Shown here in pieces: positions 1 through 10,810 of a stretch of DNA of 64,000 nucleotides (positions are counted from its first letter, which is position 1; the number at the start of each line of letters is the position of its first letter). Below the pieces are notes generated by a model that had not been told where the DNA came from, made no database searches, and saw only the letters and a list, made by a program, of their open reading frames with translations. Source of the DNA: Promethearchaeota archaeon. GTDB taxonomy: Archaea > Asgardarchaeota > Lokiarchaeia > Sigyniarchaeales > SOKP01. Position numbers and translations under genes: made by a program. The DNA is taken from the NCBI GenBank assembly GCA_048939995.1, contig JBHLOY010000011.1, positions 64,001 to 128,000 on the forward strand, in the 5' to 3' direction.

Positions 1-2
1 AA

Positions 3-1400
3 CAACTAGGAAATCTCCAAAAACAACTTGAAATTTTAAATATAATTGGAAACATATACCAAACTCAAAAACATTATCCAGAAGCAATAAGAAGATTTCA
101 AGAAGCTCTTTATGTAGCAGAGCAAATTGGAAATCTAGAAATAAAGGCAGATGTATTAAATAGTATTGGAGATATTTATTATGATGAAGAAAGTTATACC
201 GAAAGTCTAAAATGGTTCGAAGATGCTCTCAAAATAGATGAACAACTAGCAAATCTAAAAGGTAAGTCAATACGCTTGACTAATATTGGTAATATTTATT
301 TAACTCGAAAAAATTATCCAGAAGTATTAAAAAAATATAAGGAAGCATTAGAAATTGAAGAAAAGTTAGGAAATTTGACAAGAAAAGCAACATTATTGCG
401 AAATATAGGAATGATTTATTATGATCAAAAATATTATTCAGAATCTCTAAAATGGTATGAAGATGCTTACACAGGATTTTCAGAAATTGAAAATTTAGAA
501 GGAGTTACCGATTGTTTTAACAGTATAGGACTAGTTAATAAGGCTCAAGGAAACTTTAAGGATGCACTTAAATGGTATGAAGAGGCACTAAAAACTTCTG
601 AAAAAATATTTGATTTTGATAGAAAAGCCAATCTACTTAATGAAATTGGATTAATATATTATCAACGTGGTATCTATAAGGATGCTATTAAGCGTTATAA
701 ACAAGCATTAGATATTTTTGACAAAACTGGAAATCTCATCGGTAAGACATTCAGCTTAAATAAAATTGGTTTGATATATCAAGATCAAGGTAATTATAAT
801 GAGGCCTTGAATCATTATGATAGAGCAATCAAATTCTTTAAAGTTTTAGAGGACTCTAAGGAAAAAGCTGAAAATCTATATAATAAAGCATTGATCTTTC
901 GAGATCAAGGCTTATATCTTGATGCTTTGAAAAACTTTGAAGCTGCTTTAACAATCGATGAAAAACTTCATAATTTTGAACGCAAAGCAGAAAGCTTGAA
1001 TAATATTGGGTTAATCTATTTAGATGAAGGAAATTATCCAGTTGCTTCAAAGAGGTTTGAAGAGGCTATCAAAATTGCCTCCCAAATTAATAATGATGAT
1101 TTAAAGGCTAATTACTTGAACAATTTGGCCTTAGTATATCTAAATCAAGGAGATTATACTCAAGCGTGGAAATCTTGTAATGAAGCTCTTAAGATTTTTG
1201 AGGAAATTACAAATTATGAAGGTTTAGCTAAAACAAATTATAACATGGGTTTAATTTATTTAAATCAAAAAAGTTATGTAGAAGCGTTAAGCAGACATGA
1301 AGAAGCACTTAATGTTTTGAATGATAATCATTTAGGTAAATCTTCACTAGCTAAAGTTTTAAAGAGTAACATAAAAACCATTAAAAATTATATTAAATAA
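3..1400 (+). CDS. Tetratricopeptide-repeat protein (5' partial)
   Basis: Frame is open from the window edge (QLGNLQKQLEILNIIGNIY...) into ORF 276..1400. It contains many ~40-aa LNxIGxIYxxxGxYxxALxxY repeats. Confidence 0.9.
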   Translation, partial: QLGNLQKQLEILNIIGNIYQTQKHYPEAIRRFQEALYVAEQIGNLEIKADVLNSIGDIYYDEESYTESLKWFEDALKIDEQLANLKGKSIRLTNIGNIYLTRKNYPEVLKKYKEALEIEEKLGNLTRKATLLRNIGMIYYDQKYYSESLKWYEDAYTGFSEIENLEGVTDCFNSIGLVNKAQGNFKDALKWYEEALKTSEKIFDFDRKANLLNEIGLIYYQRGIYKDAIKRYKQALDIFDKTGNLIGKTFSLNKIGLIYQDQGNYNEALNHYDRAIKFFKVLEDSKEKAENLYNKALIFRDQGLYLDALKNFEAALTIDEKLHNFERKAESLNNIGLIYLDEGNYPVASKRFEEAIKIASQINNDDLKANYLNNLALVYLNQGDYTQAWKSCNEALKIFEEITNYEGLAKTNYNMGLIYLNQKSYVEALSRHEEALNVLNDNHLGKSSLAKVLKSNIKTIKNYIK

Positions 1401-1410
1401 TTTTTTAACC

Positions 1411-2256
1411 TTATTCATGACTTTTATCCTGAATCTCTAACTCATTATTATAATTCTGCTTCCTCACTTTGAGTTTTTTACTGAAATATGGAAGGATCTT
1501 ATCAAATAATAAGTATAAGTATGGAGCTCCTTGGTTAAATAAAATTAGAATTTCATAAAATAAAAATAAAATCCCTGTAGGCCTTATTCCTGAAATAAAT
1601 AGTGGAAACTCCATAAAAAAAGATCCAAGGCAACCAAGTAAAAATACATAAGCAATAACTTTAGGATCTTTTGATTTAAATACATTGGTCCCATAGACTA
1701 TTACTAAAATTAAGTATCCAATAATTATATTTATAATCCAGACTATCATTTGCGTATCCATATGCCTAACAGTTTCTACAATAGTATTATCAAGATCAAT
1801 AAGCTTTGAAAAAATTGGAATTAACAACCAGGATCCAAAGAAAATTAACGTGTATTTGATTATATCTTTGTAATATTTTTTTATATAGTTCTCCACCATA
1901 ATCCAAAACCATGAAAATATGAACATAGAATAAGAGAAGCTCATCATAAAATCAGCTCCGAACTTTGACAACCAATACTCACCGATCGGATGCGGCATTT
2001 TGATCCCACCAATCCAATATTCCCTGATTGTAGTACCAAGAGGGTAATTAATACCTGCTGAGGCATTCCACCACCATACCGCATCAATAATATATACACA
2101 TATCCCCGTTATTAATCCAAATTTCATTGGATTCCATTTTTTATTTTTGATTAATATTGAGATCCAGATCATTAAAAATATTAAATCAATGTAAATATAA
2201 TCATATTCAAATTTCCTGGATGCTTCGTTAAAGGATTGGAGAACGTTATTTAACAA
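1411..2256 (-). CDS. Hypothetical multi-pass membrane protein
   Basis: 281-aa ORF with several hydrophobic segments. Confidence 0.7.
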   Translation of the reverse strand: MLNNVLQSFNEASRKFEYDYIYIDLIFLMIWISILIKNKKWNPMKFGLITGICVYIIDAVWWWNASAGINYPLGTTIREYWIGGIKMPHPIGEYWLSKFGADFMMSFSYSMFIFSWFWIMVENYIKKYYKDIIKYTLIFFGSWLLIPIFSKLIDLDNTIVETVRHMDTQMIVWIINIIIGYLILVIVYGTNVFKSKDPKVIAYVFLLGCLGSFFMEFPLFISGIRPTGILFLFYEILILFNQGAPYLYLLFDKILPYFSKKLKVRKQNYNNELEIQDKSHE

Positions 2257-2364
2257 AATATTTCCTATATATTTACAATCAAATTAATAATATCAAAATC
2301 ACAAGCTTTTTAAAGAGAATGCAATAAATAAACTAATCAAAAATAGGAAATAATTAAAAATCTT

Positions 2365-3048
2365 CTAAGGAGGATTTTGTGTCATATAATTTTTAATATA
2401 GCGTCTAACCTCAGCAGCAGGTTGTATAACACCAAAATGTCCTTCACACAATATGTCTGCTTCTAAATCTAGCAATTTTTGCATAGAAACTTGATAATCC
2501 CTAAGATTTGATCCAAAGCTTGCCATAAATGGTCCATGAATGTCTTGACCAAATAGAATTTTAATCCCTTCAACTTCAATAAATACAGAAATTGAGCCAG
2601 GAGTATGCCCGGGTGTATGAATACATTGAAAAGCTATTTCACCAAGATTTAATATTTCGACTTCTAATTTTAATCGTTTTTCCAATTTAATTGGTTTATA
2701 ATTAATCCCATACCATAATGCTGCTGTTTTTTCATTACTACCTTCTTCTTCAATTGCATCAGCATCTAATTCATGAGCATAAAATTTGATTTTTGCATTA
2801 TATTGTTGGACATACTTCACCAAATCAAAACAGGCTGAAATATGATCTATGTGACAGTGAGTTAGGATGCAGTGTCTGATATCCTCTGGTTTTAGATCGA
2901 TGTTTCTAATCATTTTTATATTTTGAAGACTCATTCCACAATCAATTAAGACTAGGCCATCACTACTTTCAGTATCAACTAGAAACACTGAACAACCCGA
3001 ATCACCCACATGATAGACATTATGAATAATTTCCTTCAAATTCACCAC
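2365..3048 (-). CDS. MBL-fold metallo-hydrolase (glyoxalase II-like)
   Basis: THCHIDH, HTPGHTPGS and GH motifs. Confidence 0.9.
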   Translation of the reverse strand: MVNLKEIIHNVYHVGDSGCSVFLVDTESSDGLVLIDCGMSLQNIKMIRNIDLKPEDIRHCILTHCHIDHISACFDLVKYVQQYNAKIKFYAHELDADAIEEEGSNEKTAALWYGINYKPIKLEKRLKLEVEILNLGEIAFQCIHTPGHTPGSISVFIEVEGIKILFGQDIHGPFMASFGSNLRDYQVSMQKLLDLEADILCEGHFGVIQPAAEVRRYIKNYMTQNPP

Positions 3049-3836
3049 TAATTATTATTCTTGTAGATTCCTCTATATAGAATTATGGTTATAATTGATG
3101 CCAATCCTGTGGAAAACAGAACATCAGAAGCATAATGGGCTCCTACAATAACTCTTGATAAAGCTACAAACGTGCCCCACCCTAAAACCAAGAATAATAT
3201 TGTTATTTTTAGCCAAATGTTTAATTTCCTTTTTTTAAGGTCTGTAAGAAGGGGCAGAAACATCCATCCCATTGCTGCATGACCACTCGGGAAACTAAAA
3301 TTACCAGTAATTCCAAGGGGAATAAACCATGGTGTAAAATCTCCCCCAGAAAGATCTCGAAAGCGTACTCTGCCCCAAAATAGTTTTATTAACTGAACGA
3401 ATAATAAAGGGTTAATTATCGCTAAAAAGGATATAATAGATGCAATCTTTCTATAGTTTTGCCAATCTTTTTTCCAAGTAACAATTAGATATAAGAGGGG
3501 AACAATGATTAAACCACTTCCTAAAGAAATATCCGTGGTATCATCTTCAAAAATTCCAAGTGTTAAAATTATTACCCCTGTAATGACTGCTAATATGATT
3601 AATAATTTTTGTTTTTTAATATTTCTAATATAGCTTCCTATAAAGGTTGCTAATGCAATAGCTATCAAGATATAACCAGGAACTTCTCCATAATCAGCAC
3701 CAAAATTACCCCAATTAGATTGTTCGTCTACAACTAGAGTAGAAATTTCTAAATCATATATCCCGAATAAGATAGCTAAAAAAATCCAAATAACTATTAT
3801 TAGAATCATTAATTTAACAGAGTTAGTTAACTTCAT
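3048..3836 (-). CDS. PAP2-family membrane phosphatase
   Basis: KxxxGRxR, SFPSGH and SRxxxGAHYxSDV motifs; overlaps the next gene by 1 nt. Confidence 0.9.
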   Translation of the reverse strand: MKLTNSVKLMILIIVIWIFLAILFGIYDLEISTLVVDEQSNWGNFGADYGEVPGYILIAIALATFIGSYIRNIKKQKLLIILAVITGVIILTLGIFEDDTTDISLGSGLIIVPLLYLIVTWKKDWQNYRKIASIISFLAIINPLLFVQLIKLFWGRVRFRDLSGGDFTPWFIPLGITGNFSFPSGHAAMGWMFLPLLTDLKKRKLNIWLKITILFLVLGWGTFVALSRVIVGAHYASDVLFSTGLASIITIILYRGIYKNNN

Positions 3837-3910
3837 TTCATTTCATTATTTTTTATTTCTATTCATATTAGATAAAGATCTATTTAATGATTATTCTTAA
3901 TATTGGTCTA

Positions 3911-4651
3911 TTAAGAATATCGTTTTTTAATTAGCTTTATTAAAGCATCAGGATAATCTGTATAAATCGCACTTACAATTTTATCATTAAATTTTAGGTT
4001 AAGAGTATTCTTCATCTGTGATTTTGAGTTTACCCCCCAAATATAACACTTTAAACCGTTATTAATAATTTCTTGGAAATTATCTTTAGCTCGGCGTCCA
4101 ATTCTGATATTTATTGCTTCAACTTTTAACTCTTTTAATTTTTCAAAATTAACTGATAACTGATTTACTCTAACGATCCATGTTGGAATTGTGTAAACTA
4201 GTTTTACCTCTTCGCTATAATCCCTAACTGAATTTAAGACAGTCAGTCTCATATCTGTTATTGTAACTTTTTCTAATTTTACAAAAGATTTCGCGAGCCT
4301 AATAAGTTCAAAACCAGAATTTTTATCCCTGATATCAAAACTAAACAATAAATGCTTATTTTGAGCAAAGAGTGTAAATAAATCATTTACGGTTGGAATT
4401 GTTCTTTTATCCTTGAATTTTATATTCAACAAATTCTCAAATGTGATATATTTAATGTAGTGAGATTGTGATTTAATTTTTATATAATAATCATGAAAGC
4501 AAACAAGAACATTATCTTCTGTTAATTGAACATCAGTTTCAATTCCCGCACCCATTTCTACCGCTTTCTTAAAACATGGAATTGTATTTTCTACACAATA
4601 ACCCATTGCCCCTCTATGACCATATACTTTTGGACCATTTAAAGATGTCAT
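3911..4651 (-). CDS. Glycerophosphodiester phosphodiesterase
   Basis: GHRG, ENT, ExDV, HD and TDYP motifs. Start trimmed to ATG 4651 to avoid overlap with the divergent gene. Confidence 0.85.
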   Translation of the reverse strand: MTSLNGPKVYGHRGAMGYCVENTIPCFKKAVEMGAGIETDVQLTEDNVLVCFHDYYIKIKSQSHYIKYITFENLLNIKFKDKRTIPTVNDLFTLFAQNKHLLFSFDIRDKNSGFELIRLAKSFVKLEKVTITDMRLTVLNSVRDYSEEVKLVYTIPTWIVRVNQLSVNFEKLKELKVEAINIRIGRRAKDNFQEIINNGLKCYIWGVNSKSQMKNTLNLKFNDKIVSAIYTDYPDALIKLIKKRYS

Positions 4652-4740
4652 AATTAACTTAAAATCAACTGTGATATTATAAAAAATAATTTTATAGAAA
4701 TTAAAATAACATATCTTACTTAAAAGTTTATTAAAAGCTG

Positions 4741-5580
4741 GTGAGAATGGAGAAAACAAATCATAAAGTACTTGAAAAAAAATCTTTTTCTGAACGATTA
4801 AAACATTATGTTAAAAACATTTTTGATTTCTCGCATTATGATAAAAAAACTATTTTGTATATCATTGTCTTTATTGCATTAGTTATATTCTCGATTTTTT
4901 TGCTTGCTTATTCATTCTTTATTGATAGTACATTTTTATATCGTATAGTTATTGATTGGTTTGTAAATCCTATTTATTATTTAGGAATATTTGGTATTTT
5001 ATTATTTATTATTATAATGGCGATTCAAGGTTTATTAATTCCAATTCCATCTGAAATTATTCTCATAGCTACAGGTATAATCTGGGGTTTGATTGGAGGT
5101 GGAATAATGGGTATTATTGGCTCAATGACAGCAGCATTATTATGTTATTATATTAGTAAAAGGGGAGGTCGTCCATTAGCGAAAAAATTTGTAGGAGAAA
5201 AAGCTATCAATTTAGCTGATAATTTTATTCATAAATATGGTATGGGAGCTATTATAATCGCAAGATTTTTACCAGTTATAGCCTTCGATCCTATTAGTTA
5301 TGCTGCTGGTTTAGTAGATACTGATTTTAAAAAGTATACTATTGGGACATTCTTAGGTTCAATTCCACGAGCTTTCTTTTTCTCTTGGTTGGGCTCAATT
5401 TTAGGTATTACTCCACCTGTGGATTTAGAATCCTTACCTTTGGCTACGATTGAGGCACAAGCTGCGTTTTTTAATAATATATTATTGATAATTTTAGGTT
5501 TATTAGCTATTATGTTTGTTTTATATTATTTTATCAGCTGGTACTATGGTAAGAAGATTACTAAAGAATCAACTTCCTAA
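4741..5580 (+). CDS. DedA/TVP38/VTT-domain membrane protein
   Basis: PIPSE, ARFLPVIAFDPISYAAG and FKKYTIGTFLG motifs. Confidence 0.9.
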   Translation: MRMEKTNHKVLEKKSFSERLKHYVKNIFDFSHYDKKTILYIIVFIALVIFSIFLLAYSFFIDSTFLYRIVIDWFVNPIYYLGIFGILLFIIIMAIQGLLIPIPSEIILIATGIIWGLIGGGIMGIIGSMTAALLCYYISKRGGRPLAKKFVGEKAINLADNFIHKYGMGAIIIARFLPVIAFDPISYAAGLVDTDFKKYTIGTFLGSIPRAFFFSWLGSILGITPPVDLESLPLATIEAQAAFFNNILLIILGLLAIMFVLYYFISWYYGKKITKESTS

Positions 5581-5683
5581 TCCTCTTTTTATCCGATTTT
5601 ATCTCTAAATTTCTTGACTCTTTTTAGATAATATTATTGTGATATCATTTCCTTTTTTTATCTTTTCTATTTGAATTTGCCAT

Positions 5684-5857
5684 ATGAATAATATAAAGAA
5701 ATTTCTTAATGAAGAAGAAATTCTTGAATACAGTGAATCTTATTTAATAAAGTTATATAAGGATTTGAACAAAGCAATTATTTCTGATGATTTTCAATCA
5801 ATTTGGGAACTTTCTAAGACAATTACAAGGTATCATTTTAAAAAGTTATATGGATAA
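5684..5857 (+). CDS. Putative small protein (57 aa)
   Basis: Hand-translated MNNIKKFLNEEEILEYSESYLIKLYKDLNK...KKLYG*; below the ORF-track cutoff. Confidence 0.45.
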   Translation: MNNIKKFLNEEEILEYSESYLIKLYKDLNKAIISDDFQSIWELSKTITRYHFKKLYG

Positions 5858-5974
5858 CACAGTGAAAATTTTTAAATAGGTTTTCAGAATACGAAATTAT
5901 TTATAGACACACCCTTCTAGAATATTAGAATATAAGAATCACTTTGAGTTATAATTTTAATAGGGGTTTTTTAT

Positions 5975-6226
5975 TTGTATTATTGCGGGGATTATGATGA
6001 TCTTTTGGAAGATTCTCTTATTGAGGAATTAGAATGGTTAAGAGAAGAATTTGATTTATTATTTAAATTTAAAAAGCATAATACTTCTGATAAAGACAAA
6101 CAACTCGCAAATCAAATGATTAAAATTATTATTAATAAAGTAAAGTTTTCAGATGATAAAAGAATCAATGAAATTCTAATTGAAGCGATTGAGAAAATCG
6201 AATATAACTTTCCAGAACTTTTTTAA
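5975..6226 (+). CDS. Small helical hypothetical protein
   Basis: 83-aa ORF with protein-like composition. Confidence 0.6.
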   Translation: MYYCGDYDDLLEDSLIEELEWLREEFDLLFKFKKHNTSDKDKQLANQMIKIIINKVKFSDDKRINEILIEAIEKIEYNFPELF

Positions 6227-6317
6227 TTAACTTCTTTTTTTTAATTTATTTAATCAATAGTCTTAATTATATATTCTACTTCTTATTTTATATCAAAGTA
6301 AATTAAAGATTTTATCT

Positions 6318-7391
6318 ATGGAAAGACTAATCATAGTTCATTGGAATAAAAGTACGGGCCCTGAATCATTAATTCAATATCCTCCAGAGAAAGTATTTCC
6401 TAAAAAAGACTTACTATTAAAAATCTGGGCTCAACATGAATTAGATAAAGAAAACTCTTTAATTGAGGTAGAGGACCAAAATAAACATTTTATTTCGATC
6501 CTTCAAGAATTTGAGAGTGAATTATACTTCCTAGTTCTTGTGTTAAGTGATAAAAGACAAAAAGAAGAAGTAATATCTCCTGATATTCTGGCCATTATAG
6601 GGAAGAATTTAATTGAATTAATGAATACAAATAAAATTACAAGAGCGATTTCTGAAGCATTTAACACGATCAAGAATTATAATAAATTAGAAAGTGAAGA
6701 TTTGATCAATTTTTTTCAAGATAAAATTAGGTTTACTATTTTACAAATTTTAAGAAATGGTGTTATTTCTAAAACAGAATTAAGTAATCAATTAAGATCT
6801 GAATATGGATTTTCAACTGCTAATATAGATTTACTTTTAATATCATTTTTGAGGGAAAATTTGATTTTAAAGAAAAATGTTCCCGGAAGCAAAGAATGTT
6901 ACTTTTTAATTAAAGATATTACTTGTGCAAGAGTCCCTCCTAAAAGAATTCCAAATGAGAATGTTATTGATGAAAAAATCCTAAAAAAGTATAAAAAAGA
7001 ATTTGTAAAATTTTATTCTCACTATAATTGTAGCCAAGAATTAGAAAATAAAACAATTCTTAACATTTTGATAGAAAAAGATGTATATCTTCTGATGAAA
7101 AACCTAAGAAACACCAGTCTCTCTGTAAATGAATGTTTAAGTCTATTAAATAATAGACAAGATCTATTCGATGAATTACTAGAAAAGAGAATAATATTTG
7201 AGGCAAAAGGTACAGTGTATTTGTTCTCAGATATTCGATTCTTAAAATTTTCCCCTTATTATATTATAAAAACATTAATTAATCGGTACCATAACCAAGA
7301 AATTTCTCTAAATCAATATTTGACTCATCTTGAATTATTATTAAATGATTTAAAAGCTGACCCAACTCACCTTAATTATATAGTAATCTAA
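6318..7391 (+). CDS. Putative longin/uDENN-like N-terminal domain protein with winged-helix-like region
   Basis: N-terminal IIVHWNKSTGPESLIQYP resembles the uDENN/longin first hairpin; middle ILQILRNGVISKTELSNQL looks wHTH-like. Confidence 0.55.
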   Translation: MERLIIVHWNKSTGPESLIQYPPEKVFPKKDLLLKIWAQHELDKENSLIEVEDQNKHFISILQEFESELYFLVLVLSDKRQKEEVISPDILAIIGKNLIELMNTNKITRAISEAFNTIKNYNKLESEDLINFFQDKIRFTILQILRNGVISKTELSNQLRSEYGFSTANIDLLLISFLRENLILKKNVPGSKECYFLIKDITCARVPPKRIPNENVIDEKILKKYKKEFVKFYSHYNCSQELENKTILNILIEKDVYLLMKNLRNTSLSVNECLSLLNNRQDLFDELLEKRIIFEAKGTVYLFSDIRFLKFSPYYIIKTLINRYHNQEISLNQYLTHLELLLNDLKADPTHLNYIVI

Positions 7392-7489
7392 TTTTTAAAA
7401 TTCAAAACAATTATAAACATCTAGAATTAATTAGTATTTAGCTAAAAAATCAAAATTTAATCAAAATTAAAAAGTGGTGCAAATAGACT

Positions 7490-8248
7490 TTGGTTTTAGA
7501 ACTAGTTGATTATTTACAAGGAATTTTCAGTCTTATTTTTGTTATCATATCATTAATTATTGGATTTTCAATCCTTTTAAAATATCCTAAATTTAAGTCA
7601 AGGCTATATATCCTTGTAGGGATATCATGGATTGGAGTTGCTAATCCCTGGTTTCCGGATTCGATTAGCTTTGTAATGTATCTATTTGTCAGAGATTTCT
7701 TGCCAGTAAATTGGTATTTTATCATCGGTAATTGCTTTATTCCAATCGCTCTCTTAGCTTGGTTAATTGCTTTTACAGATATGGTTGGCAAAAAGAGACA
7801 GAAACTAGTTGTCTCAATTACCATTATTCTAAGTATTGCTTTTGAAATAGTGTTTTTTTACCTACTCTTCACAGATTCTACAGCTATCGGAGTTATTGAT
7901 CCCCTAGTAAGACCATTCACAGTGAATTTTGGAGATTTTATCTTATTATATTTAGTTATAGTTATTATTGTCATGTTTTCTACTGGAATAATATTTGCTC
8001 AAAAGTCAGTGAAATCTGAAATTAAAGAAATCCGGGTTAAAGGAAAACTATTAAGAGCAGCATTTATCACTTTTACCATAGCCGCTGTATTAGATTCAAT
8101 GCTAGGTACTATCTTTGGGGATCCTACTGACCCTCTACTAGCAATAATGGTCGTAGTTGTAAGGGTGCTATTAATATTTAGTGCTATAGAATTTTATGGT
8201 GGATTTTTACTTCCCAAATGGATGCATTCAATCTTCATAAGAGACTAA
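7490..8248 (+). CDS. Hypothetical ~7-TM membrane protein
   Basis: About seven hydrophobic segments in 252 aa. Confidence 0.7.
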   Translation: MVLELVDYLQGIFSLIFVIISLIIGFSILLKYPKFKSRLYILVGISWIGVANPWFPDSISFVMYLFVRDFLPVNWYFIIGNCFIPIALLAWLIAFTDMVGKKRQKLVVSITIILSIAFEIVFFYLLFTDSTAIGVIDPLVRPFTVNFGDFILLYLVIVIIVMFSTGIIFAQKSVKSEIKEIRVKGKLLRAAFITFTIAAVLDSMLGTIFGDPTDPLLAIMVVVVRVLLIFSAIEFYGGFLLPKWMHSIFIRD

Positions 8249-8275
8249 TAATCTCTTTTAAACCTTTTATCTTAA

Positions 8276-8968
8276 TTATATATCTAATAATGAACTATCA
8301 GTAATTTCTCCCTCAAGAGGAGCTTTTCCATCTCCATAAATTTGATATAAGGCTGTTCTTCTAGCACACTCATGGAAACTGCGATATATATCTTTCTTTT
8401 GATCATATAAAGCACAAGTTTCATAGATTATGGGATTCCAGCGATTTAGTTTGTTTTCAAGATTATACCATAGTTTTTCATTTCTTAATATTTGAATAAA
8501 TACGTCTTTATTAATTACTTCTTTAAGATCTTGCTTATTAAGCATTACAATAAATGGAATCTCTTTTATCAACTTATTATCGACGATACTTTTTAATTCT
8601 CTTAGCGATTCTATATTATCCTCAAGATACTTCGTTTGAGAATCAGCAACGTAAATTACAGCATCGGTCTTGTCTTCTGGTCTATTAAACAATTTCTTTC
8701 TAAGGGGAGAAAAACTAGTTTGTCCCGCAACAGTAAAAACTCTGTAATAAACTTTTTTCTGCTTTGTAGATTGGAATAAACCTCTATCGAAGTATAAAGT
8801 TGCTCCACTTTCTCTGGCAATGATTTGTAAATTACCAATTGGAACAATATCTTTTTTTGTTTCTTTTGTTAATTTATAGAGCGTTTGAAGTATTGTGGTT
8901 TTGCCTGAACCTGCCATGCCCCAATAAACAACTTTTAAGCACACTTTCCCATCTTTGTAGAGAACCAT
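8276..8968 (-). CDS. MglA-like small GTPase
   Basis: KVVYWGMAGSGKTT, TLYFD, TVAGQ in place of DxxG, NKQD and CAL; this is the MglA family signature. Confidence 0.85.
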   Translation of the reverse strand: MVLYKDGKVCLKVVYWGMAGSGKTTILQTLYKLTKETKKDIVPIGNLQIIARESGATLYFDRGLFQSTKQKKVYYRVFTVAGQTSFSPLRKKLFNRPEDKTDAVIYVADSQTKYLEDNIESLRELKSIVDNKLIKEIPFIVMLNKQDLKEVINKDVFIQILRNEKLWYNLENKLNRWNPIIYETCALYDQKKDIYRSFHECARRTALYQIYGDGKAPLEGEITDSSLLDI

Positions 8969-9239
8969 AGTAAAATATCCTGGTTGCTATCGCCTTAGTT
9001 TTGGATTTATAATTAGTATTTTATATAATGATGTTTGTAAAAAAAATTTCTTAAATAATAAATATTATCTTTTTTATTGCTGTACACAGTGCCAGTTAAA
9101 TAATTTAAGTTATAACCGTTTGAAATTAAATAATATTAACCTACTTAATTACAAAATTTAATCCAATAATTTTTTTAGTATGAACTATGATTAAACCATA
9201 GCTAAAGAAAAACAAATTTAAATAACTTTTATTCATATC

Positions 9240-9761
9240 ATGGACGAATATTCAGATGCAGAATGGAACTGGGATTTCTATAAAGAACTTTCTGAAGACG
9301 TCGACGAAAATAAAAATTTAATCCAATGCATTAGCTGTGGAAAATGTGTAGGGGACTGCCCAGCAGCTAAAGTTTCTAATTTCAATATTAGAAAAATTAT
9401 TCAAAAAGTTCTACGAGGAGATAAAAGTGTTCTTATGGATTCGGATATTTGGTACTGCTATTTATGTGAACGATGTAAAAGAGTGTGCCCGAGAGAAGGA
9501 ATTAACATACCAATGCTTATTATAAATCTAAGGAATGAATCATTCAAAAAGGGGTTTGGTCCTAAATATAATGATCTGCGAAAATATGTTGAAATGGCTG
9601 AGAGATTCCTTACAAGTGGAGTTGTCTTAGAAGAACCATTAGGAGAAAAATTACCGAAGCAAAGAATCGATGAATTAAATGAAATATGTAATTTTGCTCG
9701 TATAAAGTATGTGTTTAAAGCAAGTAAAAATAAAGGAAAAAAAGGAAAGAAAATAAAATAA
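9240..9761 (+). CDS. hdrC: HdrC-like 4Fe-4S dicluster protein
   Basis: CxxCxxCxxxCP twice (CISCGKCVGDCP; WYCYLCERCKRVCPR); directly upstream of the HdrB-like gene. Confidence 0.8.
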   Translation: MDEYSDAEWNWDFYKELSEDVDENKNLIQCISCGKCVGDCPAAKVSNFNIRKIIQKVLRGDKSVLMDSDIWYCYLCERCKRVCPREGINIPMLIINLRNESFKKGFGPKYNDLRKYVEMAERFLTSGVVLEEPLGEKLPKQRIDELNEICNFARIKYVFKASKNKGKKGKKIK

Positions 9762-9785
9762 ATCAAACAAAGTAGATAACTAATT

Positions 9786-10799
9786 ATGGAAACATATGAT
9801 CTAGTACTCAATGTTGAAGAAATTGAACAGAAATTTCCAGAGAATCCCATAGATTTCTTTAAAGGCAAGCGGATGTGTCTATTTAAAGCATGTTTAGAGA
9901 AATATTTTCCGGGGGTAAGGTGGGGTATTCAAGATCTACTTGAGTTTTTTCAACTGGATATATCTACTTGTAAAAACCAATCTTGTTGCACTGGAACCTT
10001 TTTTCAAAGAAATCTAATAACCAGAGCCCAATTTGCTGCCATAAACGAGCGAAATTTAAATGAAATCAATCAACAAGCAGATATTTTGCTTTTCTCATGT
10101 AATGGATGCTATAATTCTCTCTTGAGAGGAAGGGAATTTTTACAATCGCCTCAAGTCAGGAATAAAACTCAAGAAATCTTAGATCAACTAAAGAAGAACT
10201 CAAGAGGAGATAATTATCCCGGTAAATACGATATTCTAGAGAATCCAAATCTTAGATTCATCCATGATTTAGATTTACTCTATTTGATAAGAAATGATGT
10301 TGTAAATTCATTAAAATTTGATTTGAGTGGACTTAATGTTGCTATTCATTATGGGTGTCATTACCTAAACTTATCTCGTGATAAAAGAACATTTAATCAC
10401 TATTTAAAAGATAAAACCAAAATAGAGGAATTAATCAACCTCTTTGGTGGTAATCCTGTTGATTACCAAGAAAGAGAGGCTTGTTGTGGATGGGGTGCAT
10501 CCCAATTATTGATAAATCCCCGTGAAGCATTGAAAGTTACTGCTAATAAATTGAAAAGTGCTCAAAATGTTGGTGCTGACTTTATCGTAATGCCATGCCC
10601 AACTTGTTTATACACTTTAAGTAAACCTGAGTATAGAGAAAAAATGAATAAATGGTTTAATGAAAAATTAGATATTCCTACTATTCACATTAATGAATTA
10701 ATTGCAATTTTACGAGGTTGTGAAGAAGAACGTTGTATTACTTTGCGAAGAAAAACGCCACGATTAGAAGAAATATTCAATATAATAACTCAACAATAG
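9786..10799 (+). CDS. hdrB: HdrB-like CCG-domain protein
   Basis: SCCTG, CNGC, HYGCH, CCGWG and CPTC motifs. Confidence 0.85.
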   Translation: METYDLVLNVEEIEQKFPENPIDFFKGKRMCLFKACLEKYFPGVRWGIQDLLEFFQLDISTCKNQSCCTGTFFQRNLITRAQFAAINERNLNEINQQADILLFSCNGCYNSLLRGREFLQSPQVRNKTQEILDQLKKNSRGDNYPGKYDILENPNLRFIHDLDLLYLIRNDVVNSLKFDLSGLNVAIHYGCHYLNLSRDKRTFNHYLKDKTKIEELINLFGGNPVDYQEREACCGWGASQLLINPREALKVTANKLKSAQNVGADFIVMPCPTCLYTLSKPEYREKMNKWFNEKLDIPTIHINELIAILRGCEEERCITLRRKTPRLEEIFNIITQQ

Positions 10800-10810
10800 A
10801 TTAAAAGTTT

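Noticed and set aside
4652-4759. N-terminal extension of GDPD in the ORF track
   Set aside because: It is AT-rich promoter-like sequence overlapping the divergent gene; the domain begins just after ATG 4651.
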